DNA of 64,000 bases, taken from positions 29,636,001-29,700,000 of the forward strand of contig NC_043007.1 in NCBI RefSeq assembly GCF_006345805.1, given 5' to 3'. Source of the stretch: Octopus sinensis (Eukaryota). Shown one piece after another: positions 25,290 through 37,666 of the stretch (position 1 is its first letter; each line of letters begins with the position of its first letter). The notes beneath the pieces are model-generated. The model was given only the letters and a program-made list of their open reading frames with translations. It had not been told where the DNA came from and made no database searches. The translations under genes were made by a program, and so were the position numbers.

Positions 25290-26096
25290 TATGGGTTTTT
25301 CTTCTTCTTTCAAATTCGCTTCCATTTCTTGCCGAGTGTCTTCCCGACTCCTAGGGCAAAGAAACTCATAGTATACATTGGTAGGCCATTAAATTAAACT
25401 CACTAGTTCGTTAATTTTTTTTTATAGAAATAAAGTTAAATTAAAATACATGGGTAGTAATAGTTCTCACATCGACAATGCTCTTCTCAATAAGTGTGAT
25501 GTACCAGTTAAGACAATCTTTTGCACTTCTTGCAGGGATGGTAAGCCAGGGATCATTCTCATATAATTTTCGGTTCCCTTCTTGATCATTCCTAGTGCTC
25601 CTACGATCACTGGTATTGTAACCGCCTTGAGATGCCACATTTTCTCAATTTCAATGAGCAGGTCTTTATATTTTGTGAGCTTGTCAAATTCTTTTGCCGA
25701 GATATTATGATCACAGGGGAAGCTCATGTCGATCAATACGCAAACTTTATTGTTTTGGTCTTTCACAACAATATCCGGTTTATTGGCTTTGATGGTTCGG
25801 TCTATATGTACTGGAAAGTCCCACAGAATCATTACATTTTCTCCTTCAGTTACAGCTTCAGGGTGGTGATTATACCACTTGTCGGCAGGTTTGATATTGT
25901 AATGCCGACTTATTAGCCAGTTTAGATATTGGCCAACTCTGTCATGTCTTAATTTATACTCCACTGGTGCTAAGACTTTACATCCAGAGATTAGGTGGTC
26001 CACTGTTTCAATCATATCGTTGCAGAATCGGCATTTTTGGTCTGCTCCATTTTTCATCACATTGGCCTGGTAGTTCCGGGTTAATAGGTTTTGATC
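25290..26096 (-). mobile_element. R4/Dong-like RLE retrotransposon 3' fragment, family B (CCHC plus RLE)
   Basis: ORF 25467..26060: CRFC..ETVDHLISGC (CCHC knuckle), RHDRV, ANKPDIVVKD, IDMSFPCD, IPVIVGALG, GTSHLLRRAL. Confidence 0.95.
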
Positions 26097-26128
26097 TTAT
26101 TATTATTATTATTGTTATTATTATTATT

Positions 26129-26150
26129 CAGTAGTTTTATTTTTATAGCG
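26129..26150 (-). mobile_element. 22-bp 3' tip of Dong-like family A inside (ATT)n
   Basis: cagtagttttatttttatagcg matches the termini at 27382, 40738 and 62206. Confidence 0.75.
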
Positions 26151-26160
26151 TTTATTATTA

Positions 26161-26214
<54 letters not shown>

Positions 26215-26237
26215 TATTATTATCATCATTATCACTA

Positions 26238-26306
<69 letters not shown>

Positions 26307-26324
26307 TATTATTATTATATTATT

Positions 26325-27306
26325 CGCGGTCCGATGTCTCCAGTGCGAGCAGTGGCGTGCCTCAAGGTTCAGTGCTTGGGCCCTTTTTGTTCTTAGTCTT
26401 CATAAATTACTTGCCCGACGACCTCACACAACACACCCTTCTATTTGCCGACGATATCAAACTGGTCGCTCCTCGCGGTAATATAGAGGATCTTCGTCGA
26501 TGCCTCCACCAAATTTGGAAGTGGTCTAACGATTGGGACCTGTGTCTGAACGTGTCAAAGTGCTGTCATCTGCCTGTCGGCTCTACTCCTGCAACTTAAC
26601 TTGATTTCGAGCCGGGTCGTCTGCTGCTGGAGAGGACCTAGGTATCTTGGTGGATTCCTCCTTTTCGCCTTCGGCCCAGTGCGTCCATGCTGCCAACAAA
26701 GCACGCGGAATTCTGTTCTTGATTCGACGGTCATTCGGAATGCTCACAGCAGCCATATTCCTACCACTCTATGTCACGCTGGTGAGACCCATATTGGAGT
26801 ATGGGATTCAAGCCTCTTCTCCTTATCTCCTCAAAGACATACAGCATCTCGAAAGAGTCCAGAAGCTGGCTACCCGCATGGTTCATGGTCTCAAAAATTT
26901 GTCCTACGAAGAAAGGCTGAGGACGCTCGACCTTTATTCTCTTGAAAAACGCCGCCGCCGTGGTGATCTCATTCTCGCCCACAACATCATAAGCGAAAAG
27001 TGTAACCTCTCGAAAGAGCTGTTCTTCACTCCTGCTCCAGAGCGTCGGCTGCGGGGTCATTCTGAAAAGCTCTACCTGCGACGATTTCATCTCAATCGAA
27101 GAGAGGAGCTTTCTCCGTCCGGGTTGCGGATCCGTGGAACAAGCTGCCAGACGAGATGGTGAAGATGCCGACGACCGCTTTGTTCAAAGCCTCACTTGAC
27201 CTCAAGTGGCCTGAACTCTTTACATGAACACCACCCTGTACTTAACTCCATGTCCCCCTACATGGCCTTGCTATTTGCTTTTGAGCCAAATTAACTAACT
27301 AACTAA

Positions 27307-27307
<1 letters not shown>
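26325..27307 (+). mobile_element. 5'-truncated CR1/L2-group LINE RT fragment with (TAAC)n tail, inserted in (ATT)n
   Basis: GVPQGSVLGPFLFLVFINYLP..LLFADDIKL, RPILEYG, LYSLEKRRRRGDLI. Tail ttaactaactaactaac. Confidence 0.95.
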
Positions 27308-27381
<74 letters not shown>

Positions 27382-27384
<3 letters not shown>

Positions 27385-27741
27385 TAGTTTTATTTTTATA
27401 TCGTGCTTTCACTTCACTAGCGACCGCAACTCTGTGTGCCTTGGGTATGTGCTGTGTTTTGTTGTGATGCTCTGATGGTTATTGTATGGAAAGTGTTCTG
27501 CGTAAGATGTGTGCAGTGCCCAGTAGTGCAATTTTCTGTATGTTATATATATTTGTTAGTCCTGGTGTTTTTGTTGTGTGTTTGTCTGAATATTTTTTTA
27601 TCATACCTAATGCGCCTACTATGATGGGAATTGTTTCTGTTTTTAGATTCCACATTCGAGTTACCTCTATTTCCAAGTCTTTGTATTTTGAAAGTTTCTC
27701 CATTTCTTTTAGAGAAGCGTTTTATAGAAGCGTTGTCATCT
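27382..27741 (-). mobile_element. Dong-like family A 3' fragment
   Basis: ORF MEKLSKYKDLEIEVTRMWNLKTETIPIIVGALG..LLGTAHILRRTLSIQ. The 3' end abuts (TAA)n. Confidence 0.9.
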
Positions 27742-27799
27742 ATGTGTGTGTGTGTGTGTGTGTGGTGTGTGTGTGTGTGTGTGTGTGTGTGTTGTGTGT

Positions 27800-28010
27800 G
27801 TGTATGTGTGTGTTTGTGCGTTTGTCTTCCTACCGTCGATCGACAACCGATGCCGGTGAGTTTACGTCCCCACAATCTAGCGGTTCGGCAAAAGAGACCG
27901 ATATAATAAGTACCAGGCTTACAAAGAATAAGTCGATTTGTTCGACTAGAGGCGGTGCTCCAGCATGGCCACAGTCAAATGGCTGAAACACGTGAAAGAA
28001 TAAAAGAATA
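27800..28010 (+). mobile_element. SINE family B tail half
   Basis: (TG)n followed by the same tail as 13400-13620. Confidence 0.85.
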
Positions 28011-28212
28011 CACACACACACACACACACATGTTATAATCTAAATGTAGTTCTACATGTCATATTGAGAAGGGGTTTACTTCAATTAAAGATGGCGGCTG
28101 GTGTAATCCTGAAATCTTTTTGCGGTGGAGACGACAAATAACAGGACTCCTTTTGGGACGCTGGCAGAAGTCAGGACTCCATTTATTTAGTAAACGCTGT
28201 GTGTGTGTATGC

Positions 28213-28256
<44 letters not shown>

Positions 28257-28751
28257 TAAGGCGAGTAACTATCGGTGATTGATCAGCTGTGATTGATCGA
28301 TGTTAAAAACCAGTAAAACTCGGTCAGTTTTTTTCCGAGTCTGTTGATTCTAGGTACAAAACAATCAAAACTATTCACGCTCCCTCTTTCTTTCTCTATC
28401 TCTTTTTCTCTCATTCTGTTTGTTGATCCCTCTTCCCCCCTATCTCTTTCTCTCCCTCACTCTCCCCTCTCTTTCTACCTCTGTCAATCCACTCTTTCTG
28501 TATCTCTCCTCCCCCTCTTTTTCCTTCTCTGTTTATTCTTCAAAGCGAGGCTAGAATTCTGTTTTTGTTTTTGTCCCGACTTTTTATCGGCTGTATTTGT
28601 TGACATTACACATACAGACACAAGCACACTCACATACACACACACACACACACACACATATTACAAGGGATGACAAGTTCAAAAGAAGATGTTGCCAGTC
28701 ATACACACACACACATACACACACGCACACGCGCGCACACGCGCGCACACG

Positions 28752-28799
<48 letters not shown>

Positions 28800-29249
28800 T
28801 GTGTGTGTGTAAGGAAACAGATGATTCCATTTTTAGTTTTGTACGATATTTGCTCATTTACTTGCTCGAATGTGATTGGTCATGTAATTTTCAGTGTGAT
28901 AGCTTAGCCTTATGCCATTGGTCAGTTCGATGGTCACGTGTGTTGTCTTACCAACATTTTATAATTATGTATTGTTATTGTTGTTGTTTGACACCAGGTC
29001 AAGCTTCATCCACAAAAACTATGATTAAAGTCGTTCCAACCATGCCTTATCATCCTTTGCTAGTCCAGACATAGATATAAGGTTACATCATTCACTGTCC
29101 CTCATTTGAAAAGACATTATGATAAAATTAGAGAGAGATTTAACTGCTATTTCTCACGAGTCGATCGACACCCTACAGGCTCCTTTGCTGACTCTAAATA
29201 TAGTTTCGTGCTAGTCAAAGGAATTTATTGTTTGTCGTATATGAGGACG

Positions 29250-29480
29250 GATGGCCTGGTGGTTAGGGCGCTGCACTAACGATCGCGAGGTCATGGGTTC
29301 GATTCCCGAATCGAGTGGTCTGTTGTGTTCTTGTGCAAAATACTTCATCTGGTGTTACTTTGCGATGACTTCGACACCTGACATGGGGGTACACTGTGCA
29401 CTTGACAGGTAATGTCAATTTGATGGAGGAAGTGAGCTAAAGTACAGCTCAAGCATTTGATCCCTGTAAACAGACCCCCC
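29250..29480 (+). mobile_element. tRNA-headed CORE-like SINE (family C2)
   Basis: ggcctggtggttagggcgctgc..gggttcgattccc..gtgttcttgtgcaaaatactt. Confidence 0.75.
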
Positions 29481-30119
29481 CCCCTGCGCAGGGGTCTTTC
29501 CAGGACTCGCGACACAACGATTATTGTCTGTTGCTGTGATTATTGTTTTGCGACATGTCTATCTTAACCCAACACACCTATGACCAAAATCGCTCCGGCC
29601 GTGACTAAAGAAATCTTATTTTATTGCGACATAAGTGTATCTAGGACTACACTATATAATATATCTTGCTACTTCAGAGAAAGTAGCGTGTGCTGTTAGT
29701 ACGGACGACAGCAAACGGTGTGGTCGTGTTTGTAAAGTGGCAGCCACTTTCCCTTGTTCGCCAGTCCGATTCTATGGCCTCCATCTATCATCACGATACG
29801 CAGCCTTAGGAAATACACACTTCTATACACACACTCACAGCAACACATATACACGTACATCATTGCATGCCAACATATGTGAGTATGTAGGTGTGTAGAT
29901 GTGTACATACATACACACATGCATACAAACACACATACGTACGTACATACATACATACATACATACATACAAAAATACTCTGTTGTTGATGTTGAAATTC
30001 CAATGAAGAAGCCTTGGATTTAGGTTAGAAACCGATTCTTTCTCTATTGGTAAGAAACATTGAAATAAAACAATAATGACATAAATATGTACTATATATA
30101 TATATATATCGATTATATC

Positions 30120-30230
30120 GATTCCAGTGCGTAACTGGTACTTATTCAATCGACCCCGAAAGGATGAAAGGCAAAGTCGACCACGGTGGAATTTGAACTC
30201 AGAACGTAGCGACAGACAAAATGCTGCTAG
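30120..30230 (-). mobile_element. SINE family A fragment
   Basis: Reverse complement of the family A core. Confidence 0.8.
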
Positions 30231-30393
30231 TGTTTGTATGTGTAATGTCAACAGCTTGCCGCCTTAGTCGTACAAGTTATAATGCTGAAGTCAAACCAAG
30301 TAGTGATATTTTAAAATCATTTAATATGTATATTTCCTGTCGCCGTGATATATCATAGGAAATGTATCCATTACATACATACAACATGCAACA

Positions 30394-30440
<47 letters not shown>

Positions 30441-30999
30441 CTGTAGTCTTGTAAATTTCTGATATATGGTCAGACAATAGCTATCTCACTGACGAGACAT
30501 CTGTACACCATCGGATTAACGTGTCATACATTCGTCGACAGTTTTACCTTTCAGGTTGTTTTCCATTTATGATTCGTGATGAATATCTAGAATTTCAGTT
30601 GATTACTAATCATGACTGCTTTTGGTCTTTCTCTAAGGATTATAAAGACTGCGGCAAAAAGCTCTCCCATACTTCGCCCGATTACTGATGCGGTCCCAGT
30701 GAAGCTAGGAAGATGATAAACGTTGGATTCGTGCAGCTGATGTTCATCGCTTTTGTTTTCCTTTCTATCAGAGAATGGATCGATACACATCTAGCGTTTT
30801 CTGTTGAAACGTTTGTTTTTCCTTGGAAAGCTATCTTTTGCCGCACCTAATATTTAGAAATCAGATGCTGACTACTAAGTTCGGGATAAATTTGATAGTT
30901 TACATAAAAGGAAAAGAAAACCAGAATAACCCATCCAAAAATGAAAGTAAATTTTAAGAAAATCAAAAATGTCAACTATGGCTGGTATGTAGCAGTTTG

Positions 31000-31690
31000 C
31001 TCAAAGTAACCGTCCTCAGCTTCTGTCACTGTCTAAAGACGGCTCTGGAACCTGGTACATGCGTTCCTCACAGTGTCCCTGGGAAGATCTTCGAGCACCT
31101 CGTTGATTTTGGCCACCATCTCGGCCTTGGGTTGCAAGTACAACGTTGAATGTCTTTCTCAACCATGCCCCACACTTAGTAATCCATGGAGTTACAATCG
31201 GAGGGATTAGGAGGCAAGAATTTGGGATTGGGGAAATCGTAGAAATTTTCTGACAACCACTACCGACTCTTGCCAGAGGAATGGCTAGGAGCCGAATCCT
31301 ACCGCCACACATATTGCTTTCAGAAGCAATCCTCTGAAGCCAGGGTTCGACCAGTTCCCAGCAGCTTCTCAGGTCCTGTTCATTAATTGTTGAATGAATT
31401 CCGGCCTGTGGGTGCAATTAGAACTCCTGATGTATTTCTTCCTGCTGGCCACAGCTTCGAAGTTCCTGTTGCAGCTGCCTATGTCATGTCTTATCGCTTT
31501 TACTCTGTTCGCAGAGCAGTGAGCAGCAGTCATGATGTCGTCGTTTCGATTCCCGGCGCAAATCATTTTGATACTGGTAACTCTTTTTCAGTTTCCATTT
31601 GGCTTCCAGCCCTCCATGTCAGCAACCAATATTTTCTCAACTACAGCTTTAAATTTTATGCCCTCCAACACCGTTGACTGTTCACCAGTA
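31000..31690 (-). mobile_element. Internally deleted Tc1/mariner transposase relic
   Basis: Minus translation VEPWLQRIA..DSAPSH..WLSENFYDFPNPKFLPPNPSDCNSMDY*VWGMVE..RDTVRNACTRFQSRL (WPPNSPDxNPxDY motif) and an N-terminal HTH-like segment. The central DDD region is missing. Confidence 0.85.
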
Positions 31691-32574
31691 ACAATCTGCA
31701 CCTGAAAAAAAAAGTAAAGAGACATGAAGAAAAATTGTCAACTTTAGCCCGAACACTTGAACATTAATCGTGTGACGCAGATTTAAGACATAACTGGAAT
31801 ATATTAAAGATTAAAACTCAAAGAAAAGGAAATCCTGGAAAAGAAAATAGACCGTAATTTTGTTCAACCCACGCTTCTGCAGGAATGTGGCTTTTAGCAT
31901 TTTCAGAAATTCCCTGGAGTTAAACTTCATTTCCCATCAAGCAACAAGTACTGAAACCTGTTTAAAAAAAAGCGCAAACTTAAGTACAGCTTTATAAAAC
32001 TCGTTGCCGTGTACAGGTAAGTAGAAGCTTTAAGAACAAACTACACACCTGAGAGAAGTTAAGAGAAATACTTGTTTCTGGCAATGTCGCGTTTTATCCG
32101 CTCCATTTGCTTATTCTTACTTAAAATACAAAGTAGGCATCTTTTAAGTTTGGGCCTAATGATACGGTTTTCATAGTACTAACCATTAGTACTAACATTT
32201 GGAATATATCATAGGAAATGGAAGCAAAAAGAAAACACTCATTTATTAGCTTCATCAATATCCTTCTATATTTTCATCACGAAGAACTGTTGTTGTTTGT
32301 TCGATGTTAGATAATATTTGAGATTTGTTGATAACTTTGAGAAGAACAAAGAGAAACGAAGATGAACCAATGAAAATGATGATATTGACAAATAAGGCAA
32401 ATAACAGATTTAGAACAGCTTCTACCTTGAAATTTTGAATAAAAAAAAAATTGTTGTATGTTAGATTAATGAATATCTCCAGCTTTTTCTGCCGCCGAGG
32501 GACAACATATCTGTGTTCCTCTGTGATTCCTGTGTTATATAGTAAGGGATATTTGCCAATATTTCCCCATCATA

Positions 32575-33290
32575 AAGTGGCGTACTAGCAGAATCGTTAG
32601 CACATCGGGCAAAAAGCTCAGCGGCATTTCGCCCGTCTTTACGTTCTGAGTTCAAATTAGGCTGAAGTTGACTTTACCCTTCATTCCAGTTGAACACTGG
32701 GGACGATGTAATCGACTTGCCCCTCCCCTCAAAATTGCTGGCCAAATTTGAAACCAATATTCCATTGTCATGAAGTGGTGAGCTGGCAGAATCATTAGCA
32801 CGCCGAATAAAATGTGTTGCGGCATTTCGTCCGTCTTTACAATTCAAATTCGGCCGAGGTCGACATTGCCTTTCATCCTTTAAGAGTTGATAAAATAAAT
32901 ATCATCTGGACACTTGGGTGGGCAATACTCACTACTCCGGCTCCCATCAAAACTGTTGACTTTGTGCCTAAATACTTAAGAACAACAATGATTTTTTACA
33001 TAGGAACAAGATCAGAAAACTGAGGGGCGCAGACAGTCTATTAAATCGACCTCAGTATATAACTGGTACTGTATTTTATTGAATCCAGAAGGGTGAAAAG
33101 CCTTAGCAAGAACAGTGATACATACGGACCTAAAACTGTTAGATTTGGGTAGGTGTGGGGTTATAGTCTGTCAGATCAACCCCAGCATTTTATTGGTATT
33201 TTATCAACCCCAAAAAGGGTAAAAGGCAAAGTTGCTTTGTGTGGGATTCAAATTCAAGACATTAAAAGGACGTCACTAAAACGTCATTCC
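32575..33290. mobile_element. Cluster of four SINE A fragments (two +, two -)
   Basis: Family A motifs at about 32575, 32775 (+) and 33030, 33190 (-). Confidence 0.75.
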
Positions 33291-33381
33291 GTGACCACCA
33301 AAAGCGACAATGAAATTGATTTCTTTTTAACTGATTTCAGAGATTGGAAACAAATTTCATCATGAATCACATAGATAACGC

Positions 33382-33383
<2 letters not shown>

Positions 33384-33439
<56 letters not shown>

Positions 33440-33535
33440 TGAGTGTGTGTGCGCGCGCGCGTGCGTGTGTGTGTATGTATGAATGAATGTATGTATACAT
33501 ATATATACATATATATATATACATACATACACATA

Positions 33536-33579
<44 letters not shown>

Positions 33580-33615
33580 ATGTTTATACGTATGTATATA
33601 TATATATGTAATATG

Positions 33616-33655
<40 letters not shown>

Positions 33656-33672
33656 TATATATATATAAATAA

Positions 33673-33725
<53 letters not shown>
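33384..33725. repeat. (TG)n-(TA)n compound microsatellite
   Basis: Directly visible. Confidence 0.95.
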
Positions 33726-33726
<1 letters not shown>

Positions 33727-34339
33727 TGTAAATACTGTGGGTTGACGTGTTATTCTTCCTGAAGGTCGACATGTTCATTGGATCTATTTTTCATTTTTGC
33801 CGCAATTTCTCTTTCTCTGTTCAATTCACTGTTTCAGGAGTTTTGAATTGTTCGCTTGGAATTAGTTTATTCTTGCTGGGGGTAAGTGTGGATTATGTTG
33901 CGCTAGATGAGATTATTATAGCTGGCGGCAGGTTTGTAAAACCGGAAGTAGTTTATTGTCACTGACGTTTGACAATGTTTCACAAAATCTAAATTATTTT
34001 CAATGGAAGTACTCATGTTCAATGAAAACTGGTTCATCATTGCTGGAGGTTTGCTTACACCTGAATGTACGTTGATTGCTCTTGGAAGTTGACACACATT
34101 CCCTGAAATATAGTTTATTGTTACTGGGGGGAGATATGTTGTCTTTAGTCTATTTGTTGCAAGAATTGCCATGTTCAGGTTTATTAAATTTAGTGTAACA
34201 GGGGTTTGTTGCGCTCTGTTACATGTACTCCCTTTACTCTGCTGTTTATTTCTGTGCTTCCATAGATAACTGAATATTATCTGTACATCCTTGTGTTTGG
34301 GAGTTTGGCTGTGTGATTACATCATTATAGACTCGACTC

Positions 34340-34692
34340 TGTCGGTCACGAACGACCATGGCTGCACCTAACAATTTCCCCGTCCAGGGTACAAGTTTGA
34401 GTGGAAAGTCGCCTCGCCGGCGAACGCACAACCTAGGGCTGTTTTTATGGAAGACCAGCAGTCGCCCATGCATACCAGCCTCTCCTCTCCACGCCACTGA
34501 TGTTATCCAAGGGAAAGGAAAAGGGGCCGATACAGCTTGGCATCAAAGGCGTCGTAACTCATTACTACAGCTGAGTGAACTGGAGCAACGTGAAATAAGT
34601 AAGTGTCTTGCTCAAGAACACAACACACAGCCCGGTCCGGGAATCGAACTCACAACCTCACGATCGTAAGCTCGACGCTCTAACCACTGAGC
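34340..34692 (-). mobile_element. tRNA-headed CORE-like SINE (family C2)
   Basis: Reverse complement gctcagtggttagagcgtcgagc..gagttcgattcccgg..gtgttcttgagcaagacactt. Confidence 0.85.
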
Positions 34693-34713
34693 GTCTAGTT
34701 GTCCCCATCTTTA

Positions 34714-34925
34714 AGGCGGCGAGCTGGTACAATCGTAACCACACCGGAAACAATGCTTAGCACCATTTTTTTTTCTTCCGACTTTGCGTTCTGAGTTCAA
34801 ATGCTGCCAACGTTGACTTTGCCATTCTTCCTTTCGGTTCGATAACATAAGTACCAGTTGAATACTGGTGTCGACCTAATTGACTTACTCCCTAAATTGC
34901 TGGCCTTGTGCCAAAATTTGAATCT
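34714..34925 (+). mobile_element. SINE family A
   Basis: aaggcggcgagctgg..ccttgtgccaaaatttgaa. Confidence 0.85.
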
Positions 34926-36950
34926 GATATTATTTTTACATCGCAATAAAACGTTTTCTTCTTTAATTCCTTCCCGATTATGACGGTCTGTTATTTACGT
35001 CTGTCTGTGTGTCGTTCGATATTTTTTTTTTGGTTTGATATTTGGATGTTTGATGTGATTGTTCGACGTACGTTGTGGTGTTTGATAGTTTGCTATCATG
35101 CTGTTCGATAGTTTAATGTTGTGGTATTTGAGGCTTTGATGACATGCTGCACAATCGTCTGATGTTTTTAACATGTGGTCTGCTGTGACTAAGAAGACCC
35201 ATGATCAAAGATGTTCCAACTGTGACCATCCCATCTAGTATTCAGATTTCATGTCATCAGGACTATAATTTCATTGGGTTTTCAATTTTAAGATTACCGC
35301 GTGATCCGAGGGACATTTAGCTGCTAATGGTGGCAGGTCCAGTGACTATGTAGAAGTTCTCTTCCCTTAGCTGTTGTGACGTTTCTATGACACTGTAGCG
35401 GCCATGGTTGGAGATTCATAAAACGTCTTCTCAAACGTGGGGGCTAAACAATAACAACAGCAAAGCAACAACAATACCATCACAATCATTACCACGACGA
35501 CCACCACCACCACCTCCAACAACAACATCACAAACAATCCCAGTAACACTACCCCCCGCTACCCGCCACTCACCCCCCCCCCCCCGTTAATTCCGGTCAT
35601 CCATTGATATAAGCAACGATGGAAAACTTACAATAATCTCGAATATTTCTAATAATTAGAAATAATGGGCTTTGCTGATGCATTGCAGGTGTAGAGGTGG
35701 GGGTGTGTAATTGATTGTAGGGGTAGGGTGGGATGGAGAGGTGTATAGTCCATATCAGATAAAGGGTGAGTGGGGAGGGTGTCATTAATTCCATAAACGG
35801 CTTCGTTGTTATTACATAAATTCACTTGGAACAATGGAATTAATTCTGTTCAGGAAATAACACACATAGACACACATGTATACATATATACATACGCACA
35901 CATAGATTCACACACACGCGCACACACACACGCATATACACACTCATACATATACGTGTAAGTGATTTCTGAGGAGACTTTAGATGGTTTCGATTGAATT
36001 AATAATCTCATCAATGTGGGAAGAGATACCATCACTGATCTCCGGGATGACACAAATTCACTCGCAACCTTCCAAAGTCTTAGAAACTGGTGACTTATAT
36101 ATGTTGAATATTTGCATATCTGCATATTTGCTCTGTGAATTTTTACATATCTACATTCAGTGTGCATGTACAACATGTATCTGCATGTAGTAAGCATGTG
36201 TTTATCTATATATCTGTCTATCTTATATAATGTTATGCTACAGGCACACAGAGCAGCGATGATTAAAACAAACTGTTTATTATCGTTATATAATATTTTC
36301 GTGTACACTCATACTGAGAACCATCTTCGTTACGATAACTGTCTCGGAAAAGAAATTCTACCAACAGGCAATATATGTGAAATCACTCTGAGCTGGACAC
36401 CAAATGATATCATCTGACTACAGGCCACATGTTTCTGCATCTTTACGCTTCATCAGCTGCAGATACCGAAGCTGTCGTTCACAGTCCATTAAGAATTGCC
36501 GTTCTTAGATGTAAACAGAAAATAATATATTTACTGGCATGTGCAAGCTTTTCAAGCTGTAATTAATTAATTAATTAATTAGGAGCACACTAAGCAGCAA
36601 TGATTAAAATAAAGCTGTGGGTTACACATAAGAACAACTCTTTGCGAGATTTAGACATGAGCGACAGTTTTGTGTCTGTTTGATGAAGCTAACGAAGCAG
36701 AATTACGTATCCTGCTGTTCAATGACGCCATTCAAAGCCCAGCTTGGTGGAAGGAGAATTTTTCTTTCGGGACAGTCACCACAACGGAGGCCTTTCCACG
36801 TTTCAGTGTACACGAATGTGTTCAATATAAATGTACAACATTTTATGTAACATGTGTTTGTGCATCCGTGTGTATGTATAGATGTAGGCATATATATATG
36901 TGTGTGTGTATATACATAAATATGTGTGTGTATATATATAAATATGTGTA

Positions 36951-37010
<60 letters not shown>

Positions 37011-37449
37011 TAGGTAGATAGATCGATTGATAGACAGATAGATATGTATGTATGTATGTATGTATATATATATATTATGGTAGTAAGAATAGTATTTAAC
37101 AACTATTTCTAAATTTCAGTATGTGGTGAAGCAATTTTGCTAAACCCTAATTACAATTATGTTTATAATTATAAAATTTATATATATATAAATATAATAT
37201 ATAAATATATATATGCATCTATTTTCTTTCCTCCACCTCACTCTCTATTTTGTATCACATTTACACTAACTATGATTTAACCATCCTCTCACACCGTTTC
37301 AAATGAAGGGATATAATTAATAAATATCCTAGAAACAGCTGTAAGACCTTCTATCTATAAATGCTCTAATATCTACACAGCCTTGAATTTTTATCTTATT
37401 ATGCAAAAAATTCTTATATATATATACATACATACATACATACATACAT

Positions 37450-37500
<51 letters not shown>

Positions 37501-37633
37501 TATAATTTAAATAATCAGATCCACAAACAAACAAATTGAACCACATCAATTGATAACTTTTGGATACAAAACATGACATAACGGATACTATTATCCCTTA
37601 GTCGGTTACTAAAACCACTAATTCTGCTTATCT

Positions 37634-37666
<33 letters not shown>

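Noticed and set aside
29675-29810. Cys-rich plus frame and LRIVMIDGGHRIG minus frame
   Set aside because: Short, with no convincing acceptor-donor pair on either strand.
33750-34330. Coding-like composition on the minus strand
   Set aside because: Multiple stops in all frames and no assignable family. It is probably an old TE fragment.
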